From the IMG/VR virus record IMGVR_UViG_3300025066_001240: 20,000 nucleotides of DNA, one strand, 5' to 3'. The DNA is from an uncultured virus (IMG/VR IMGVR_UViG_3300025066_001240) (Duplodnaviria; Heunggongvirae; Uroviricota; Caudoviricetes). Position 1 is the stretch's first letter; each line of letters opens with the position of its first letter. Shown piece by piece: positions 15,444 through 20,000 of the stretch. The notes beneath the pieces are model-generated. The model had not been told where the DNA came from, did no database searches, and worked only from the letters and a program-made list of their open reading frames with translations. Position numbers and translations under genes: made by a program.

Positions 15444-15836
15444 TTAATGCCAAGTTTTCATGTTTTTGAACTTCTCCAGTAATTCCTTGTCGGCTTCCAA
15501 CATTTCCATTGCACGCTGATGAGTTATCTCATTATGCCTCTGCTTTCTCAGGATGCCCGCCATACGTCTCAATGTCTCTCGGTCCACTGGTTCCTCATCT
15601 TCTTCAACGGAAGGTTCTGAGGGGGACAGGGGAGCCACAGGGACAGGGTCCAAAACAGGCTCAGGCTCAGGGTCACGTTCAAACACAGGCTCAGGCTCAG
15701 ACACAGACTCGGCGGGCACATCTTCCCCAGACTCCAGCACAGTATCAGTGATATTATCAGGTTCAGGTGATACAGCGTCTTCTGGAACCAAGTCCATACC
15801 ATGCCAGTGGTCAATCGTTTCTTCATCGTCGTTCAT
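15444..15836 (-). CDS. acidic, Pro-rich low-complexity protein
   Basis: 130-aa ORF, AAGGAG RBS, EPEPV repeats. Confidence 0.75.
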   Translation of the reverse strand: MNDDEETIDHWHGMDLVPEDAVSPEPDNITDTVLESGEDVPAESVSEPEPVFERDPEPEPVLDPVPVAPLSPSEPSVEEDEEPVDRETLRRMAGILRKQRHNEITHQRAMEMLEADKELLEKFKNMKTWH

Positions 15837-15846
15837 CTTTTACTCC

Positions 15847-16194
15847 TTAATAGTTCATCCACTCTTGTAGTAGAGTGGAGTCTTGGGATAGAAGTTCTGC
15901 CGCGTCCGCTTGGGAGATACTGTGGGTTTTCCCGTATCGGATGGCAGCAACACGTCGTTGGTCAATCTCTATATCGCTAAGTTCTTGTGTTACATTTTTA
16001 ACCTCGGCGTTGATTTTAGCCACGGACGACGGTTTCCTCTGCTTCCAGAAATTATGGTCGCCAATCATTGTTATATCCTCGTCAGTTCTGGGATCTTCAG
16101 GATAACCCTCAGTGATTCCACTCAGCGTCACCTCTACATTTTCAAAAGGATTCTCACCTCGTAGTATCTGCTTACGAATGTCGTCGTCAGTCAT
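15847..16194 (-). CDS. hypothetical protein
   Basis: 115-aa ORF, AGGGTG upstream. Confidence 0.75.
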   Translation of the reverse strand: MTDDDIRKQILRGENPFENVEVTLSGITEGYPEDPRTDEDITMIGDHNFWKQRKPSSVAKINAEVKNVTQELSDIEIDQRRVAAIRYGKTHSISQADAAELLSQDSTLLQEWMNY

Positions 16195-16278
16195 TTATTC
16201 ACCCTTTGTTTTTGTACCATGAGGTTTTCGACCCTTGGACAGGTTGTAATCGCACTTAGAACATATCTTTGTAGTCAT
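16195..16278 (-). CDS. possible 27-aa CxxC mini-ORF or gene remnant
   Basis: MTTKICSKCDYNLSKGRKPHGTKTKGE exactly fills the gap, with TAATG coupling. Confidence 0.4.
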   Translation of the reverse strand: MTTKICSKCDYNLSKGRKPHGTKTKGE

Positions 16279-16535
16279 TATTTGTTTTTCCTCCACGAGA
16301 ACAGATTATTAAGGAATTTCTTACGCTCTTTACACGAGCATTCCCTTAACCCAAACCACGCCTTAAATCTCTCTTCTGTTACCCCAAACTTATTAAGGGT
16401 AGACTCCAATACATCGCCCAGACCTACAATTTCCTGTTCTGTTGAGTTATGGGTAAGACCCTGTTCTTTGAGCGAATCTATCACAGGTTGCATTTCTTGC
16501 TTAATTCGGTCGTTTTCAGCACCGTTTAAAGGCAT
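16278..16535 (-). CDS. phage hypothetical protein (GLGD...CxC..R...LN pattern)
   Basis: GLGDVLESTL...ECSCKERKKFLN; GGGAG RBS. Confidence 0.75.
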   Translation of the reverse strand: MPLNGAENDRIKQEMQPVIDSLKEQGLTHNSTEQEIVGLGDVLESTLNKFGVTEERFKAWFGLRECSCKERKKFLNNLFSWRKNK

Positions 16536-16803
16536 TTTTTCTCCCTAAAAGCAATTTTTTCTCTCAGGGTTCTCAGATAAGCTATCGCGGCAGCGTTTTA
16601 CAGAGAAAGTAAGAGACGTGTAAGTTAGTGCTTGACTTCACATTACTATACACTATTCAGGGAGTTGGTGTGCGTTTAACCAATGAATACCTTAATGTAA
16701 TACAATATATAATACTAGTACTACAATACAATGGGGAGGGTTGTGATTTTACTGCTACATTTTGTAGGGTCCACATCTCTTAGTAAGCAAAAGTTAATTT
16801 GTC

Positions 16804-16885
16804 AAAAAACCCAGTGTTTTTGGCACTTTTCGCCTCCTTTAGCCCCAAAATGAACCAAAATAGCCCCTAATATCACACCCTAAAA
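16804..16885. other. helically phased A/T tracts (predicted bent DNA)
   Basis: A/T runs ending at 16809, 16821, 16830, 16840, 16850, 16860 and 16870. Confidence 0.6.
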
Positions 16886-16940
16886 TAGGTCAATATTGGG
16901 GCTTCGTTGGACGTTCAGGGCTGGATCTGGGCCACAACCG

Positions 16941-16985
16941 GCTGGCTATAGGCATCTTGGCGACTCGGCTAGATAGGGCTGAGAC
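16941..16985. repeat. tripartite repeat copy 1 (GCTGGCTAT-N10-GCGA-N17-GAGAC)
   Basis: Same box geometry as the copies at 19120, 19829, 19900 and 19967. Confidence 0.7.
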
Positions 16986-17088
16986 TCAGGGTATGCCTTT
17001 TTAGTTTAGGCAAGACTTAATAAGTCCAGTATTTGGGACGGATTCGGACCAGCAGATTCTTAATTGCTCTCGACTCCGCCCGCCGCCC

Positions 17089-19026
17089 TCATTCTATGTC
17101 TCCTTCATCAGTCAAATCTACCAATTCACACGTATTTCCTGTACAAGCTAATGTTTTCATCCCTTTTGTTGAATCGCGGAGTTCGAAATCTTCGATTCTA
17201 GCCCAGTTAACAGACTTGGGCATGGCAGAGGCAGCCTCGTTATAGGTGTTTTTATCACAATCTTCGTAAGGAGCTTGTTGATATGCGTGGTCGGAGTGTG
17301 GTAAGAATGATACACCGCTCACCTCATCGAAGTGTTCGTATACCCAAGCACCCACCTCCATCCACTCGTGTTCTTTAACACTAATAGTGACACTAGGTTT
17401 ATGCTCACAATAGTGTCTTTGATACACTAACCATAACTCTAGCTGTTGTATAGCTGTCTTATCATCTCTAAGCATTGCACCCTTTGGAGCTTTCATAGGG
17501 AATGTAAACACTTGAACACTATCAGGTTTCATTGCATCAGGTTCACAAGGCACACCCTCATCTTTCATCAACTGTGCGATAGGGTCTTTAACATCTGCTC
17601 TGACTCTCCTCAAGTAATAGTCACTGTGTCTAGTATGAATACCACTAGCACTATCAACTAATTGACTAACAGTCCCGCTAGGTTTAATAGCAGTAGTAGC
17701 AGTGGCTTGATTGATACCTAACTTCTTCGACCATATCTTGTTGGTATGTATAGACATTAATTTACAAGTCTTTAATACGCCCTCTAACTTGTCTGTCGGT
17801 TTGTTCATCAAAGAGTTGTCCATAAGACCAGTCAATGACACACCGAGCAGTGCCTCCTCCTCTGTGTTATGTAACCACTTGGCACGTAACCTGCGTATGT
17901 TAGTTAAACTAGCTTGAAATGTTCCTAGTATAGTAGCTAACCTTATCTTCTCTACTATATCTACGTCACTATCTCCACTACGTACTACCACTTCAGTTAG
18001 GTTGCAGAACTGCCCGTCCCTCAATATGATTTCACTACAAGGGTTACACCCGAACTGATGGTTAGTGTCTCTCCTACCAGTCTTTTCTACTTGTGCAACT
18101 GCGGCCTCCCTGTTAAATATACCTCTCTCACCTGACTTACTTTCATACAATCCTAACCATTCAGACATAAATATTCCTATGTCGGGTTTCTCTGTGTAAC
18201 ATACACTGTTGTTAGCTAGTGCCATCTCAGGTGTATCGCTCCACCATTGGCCCGACTTAGCGTGCCTCATTCTTTCGTCTGTTAGATTAGATAGTGAGAT
18301 GAGTGCTGACCTACGTACACCACCAACTACTACTATCTCTGCTATCTTACACATCAGTCTATGACACTCATAGCTCGTCAGCTTACGACCCGATGCTCTC
18401 TTAAATAAATCTATAGAGAAATGGAACAGTTCATTCAGAGGTTCAGGGCCGCTAGCCCTACCGCCAAAGGTCTTAAGTCTTGAACCCTTGGGTCTGATAT
18501 TAGACATATCCCATTGAGGTACACTACCCTTCCATATACTAGTTAGTAGTTCTTTGTATGCTTGTTGCCAACCCTCTTTACTGTCAGCAACCCTGATGAC
18601 CTTATCATTCTCTGTGAACACAGTAGAGACTTCAGGTAGTTTATTGATGTGTTGTCTCTCTACACTGAACCCAACTCCTGTGCCGTGCATCAATATGTAT
18701 AGACACTCATCAAATGCGTGAGGACTATCCACACTTAAGTAAGCACAGTTGTATCCTGCTATGTGGTTCTTCTCCAGGGCTGGACCCGCAGTCATCAGTG
18801 CTCTCATACTAGGCATTATCTTTAAGTTAACTACTGCATTCTCTAGTTCTTTCCTGGTCGTGGGTGTCAGCTTATACTTGGTGTTCTCTTCTAGGTGTTT
18901 CTCCATAAAATCGAAGTACCTACATACTGTCTCCCTCCAAGTCTCTCTTCTTTTCTTTTCAGGCAACCACTTGGCATACCTACTTAATGCTATGAAGTTC
19001 TGATAATCTGTTGGCAATTGGTTCAT
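17089..19026 (-). CDS. nrdJ: class II (adenosylcobalamin-dependent) ribonucleotide reductase, monomeric type
   Basis: YNCAY, GTGVGF, VVVGGVRRSA, GCNPCSEI, CNLTEV, TAIKPSGT, C-terminal CTGNTC and no class I tyrosine pair; start re-assigned to MNQLPTDYQ with GGAG upstream. Confidence 0.92.
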   Translation of the reverse strand: MNQLPTDYQNFIALSRYAKWLPEKKRRETWRETVCRYFDFMEKHLEENTKYKLTPTTRKELENAVVNLKIMPSMRALMTAGPALEKNHIAGYNCAYLSVDSPHAFDECLYILMHGTGVGFSVERQHINKLPEVSTVFTENDKVIRVADSKEGWQQAYKELLTSIWKGSVPQWDMSNIRPKGSRLKTFGGRASGPEPLNELFHFSIDLFKRASGRKLTSYECHRLMCKIAEIVVVGGVRRSALISLSNLTDERMRHAKSGQWWSDTPEMALANNSVCYTEKPDIGIFMSEWLGLYESKSGERGIFNREAAVAQVEKTGRRDTNHQFGCNPCSEIILRDGQFCNLTEVVVRSGDSDVDIVEKIRLATILGTFQASLTNIRRLRAKWLHNTEEEALLGVSLTGLMDNSLMNKPTDKLEGVLKTCKLMSIHTNKIWSKKLGINQATATTAIKPSGTVSQLVDSASGIHTRHSDYYLRRVRADVKDPIAQLMKDEGVPCEPDAMKPDSVQVFTFPMKAPKGAMLRDDKTAIQQLELWLVYQRHYCEHKPSVTISVKEHEWMEVGAWVYEHFDEVSGVSFLPHSDHAYQQAPYEDCDKNTYNEAASAMPKSVNWARIEDFELRDSTKGMKTLACTGNTCELVDLTDEGDIE

Positions 19027-19057
19027 TCTCTTACTCCTCTCTTTTTTTGTTTCTTCC

Positions 19058-19076
19058 TTCGACTTTTTACACGTAG
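19058..19076. repeat. 19-bp direct repeat TTCGACTTTTTACACGTAG (second copy 19681-19699)
   Basis: Identical 19-mer at two sites. Confidence 0.85.
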
Positions 19077-19119
19077 TCAAGCGTTGGTCTAATAGTATAC
19101 TCACATTTACCCATATTTC

Positions 19120-19163
19120 GCTGGCTATACGTTAACGGGCGATCTTAGTGGTTTAGAAGAGAC
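19120..19163. repeat. tripartite repeat copy 2
   Basis: GCTGGCTAT ACGTTAACGG GCGA TCTTAGTGGTTTAGAA GAGAC. Confidence 0.85.
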
Positions 19164-19201
19164 GCCCCCTGGCAAGAATAATTAATGCACACTCTTCGTC
19201 T

Positions 19202-19229
19202 ATTATAGTATAATATCGACCATTGTCGC
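19202..19229 (-). promoter_or_regulatory. class A promoter variant upstream of nrdJ
   Basis: GCGACA ATGGTCGATATTATAC TATAAT; shares GACAATGGTCGATA with the 19780-19807 copy. Confidence 0.7.
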
Positions 19230-19274
19230 GGGGTTCCTTTGGGTTTTTTCATATTTTCCCAGAATTGGCGGGCT

Positions 19275-19502
19275 TCATTCCAAGATCCTGATCTCGAATT
19301 GACCTATGCTGTACAGATCCAGAATTTGACCGTCGCCGTAAATCAGGTCGCCGGTGAACGTAGCGTCCCCGTTCTGATCAAACGTGATAGCCGCCTTTCC
19401 CGGCGACTTCACAACACACGGTGGATCTGCCGTAGTCGTGGGCATCACTTTCAAGGCTGTAAACAGTCCTACGAACGATTGCAGCAGTGCTCTTCTTTTC
19501 AT
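19275..19502 (-). CDS. small protein with twin-arginine-like signal peptide
   Basis: MKRRALLQSFVGLFTAL N-terminus. Confidence 0.65.
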   Translation of the reverse strand: MKRRALLQSFVGLFTALKVMPTTTADPPCVVKSPGKAAITFDQNGDATFTGDLIYGDGQILDLYSIGQFEIRILE

Positions 19503-19517
19503 CGCTTCTTTCCATGT

Positions 19518-19721
19518 CTAATTAACCCTCTCAACACAAACCCTCTTGTCCATCAGCCCAAAATACGCATCGTCGCCGCCACTGTGCCCATTCCACTCAA
19601 AACCCTTAGTTTCCAGCTTCAGAGCATTCTCATCAGTTAACCCATAACACAGGTGCATTAACAGGTTATCAATTTGTTCTTTCGACTTTTTACACGTAGC
19701 CTCGACGGTGATCTTAAACAT
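19518..19721 (-). CDS. hypothetical protein
   Basis: 67-aa ORF, AAGGA upstream. Confidence 0.65.
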   Translation of the reverse strand: MFKITVEATCKKSKEQIDNLLMHLCYGLTDENALKLETKGFEWNGHSGGDDAYFGLMDKRVCVERVN

Positions 19722-19779
19722 GATTAGTTATCCTTAATTTGGGTCCAATTCACAGTAGTAGTCTAGTAAGCATACCTCC

Positions 19780-19807
19780 ATTATACCATATTATCGACCA
19801 TTGTCAA
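19780..19807 (-). promoter_or_regulatory. class A promoter TTGACA-N16-TATAAT with CGATA box
   Basis: TTGACA ATGGTCGATAATATGG TATAAT. Confidence 0.8.
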
Positions 19808-19828
19808 CACATACTTTAGCCGATTTTG

Positions 19829-20000
19829 GCTGGCTATTAGTTAACGTGCGATCTTAGTGGGTTGGGGGAGACACTCCTATTCTCCTTGGCTGGATTTTGG
19901 CTGGCTATACGTTATGGTGCGACTCGTTTATATTGAGTGAGACAGCGACGAAAAGGGTCATTTTTCGCTGGCTATTAGTTAACGTGCGATGGGCGTGGAT
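19829..20000. repeat. tripartite repeat copies 3-5 (starting 19829, 19900, 19967; last truncated by window edge)
   Basis: GCTGGCTAT at 71- and 67-bp intervals, GCGA at +19, GAGAC at +39. Confidence 0.85.

Noticed and set aside
15653..15700. ACAGGCTCAGGCTCAG direct repeat
   Set aside because: Explained by the EPEPV low-complexity protein repeat
17089..19026. Intein or intron in nrdJ
   Set aside because: Continuous 645-aa ORF with normal motif spacing and no intein junction motifs seen
19027..19104. N-terminal extension of nrdJ, and an NrdR box or cobalamin riboswitch in its leader
   Set aside because: The recognisable NrdJ start with RBS is at 19026; no convincing NrdR palindrome or B12-box seen
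753..19640. Plus-strand ORFs and nested alternative-frame minus-strand ORFs in the track
   Set aside because: Almost all overlap better-supported minus-strand genes or tRNAs and lack recognisable motifs; treated as shadow ORFs
19829..20000. CRISPR array (repeats at ~70-bp period)
   Set aside because: Repeats are degenerate and tripartite, the would-be spacers share a conserved GAGAC box, isolated copies occur 0.7 and 2.9 kb away, and no cas genes are in view; the flank beyond the window should still be checked

Overview
A 20-kb segment of a large tailed dsDNA bacteriophage genome. Essentially all credible genes are on the minus strand, and TAG is used as an ordinary stop. From left to right: (1) a tRNA cluster with Asp-GTC, Leu-TAG, Gly-GCC and Tyr-GTA, three aberrant tRNA-like elements, small HNH/endonuclease-VII-like genes and an exported trypsin-like protein; (2) a free-standing homing-endonuclease-like gene, thyX and a PD-(D/E)XK-like gene; (3) many small hypothetical genes, a metallophosphoesterase, a tandem Tad2/DUF2829-like gene and a ~400-nt highly structured non-coding stretch; (4) rIIB-like and rIIA-like genes separated by an inserted gene; (5) a 540-bp non-coding region with phased A/T tracts; (6) a class II ribonucleotide reductase (nrdJ) flanked by a fixed-geometry tripartite repeat. 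Two promoter classes recur. The best novelty candidates are the large pseudoknotted ncRNA (~7950-8360), the anticodon-less tRNA-Leu-like RNA (934-1056) and the GCTGGCTAT-N10-GCGA-N16/17-GAGAC repeats. All calls are by eye; no database searches or folding programs were run.
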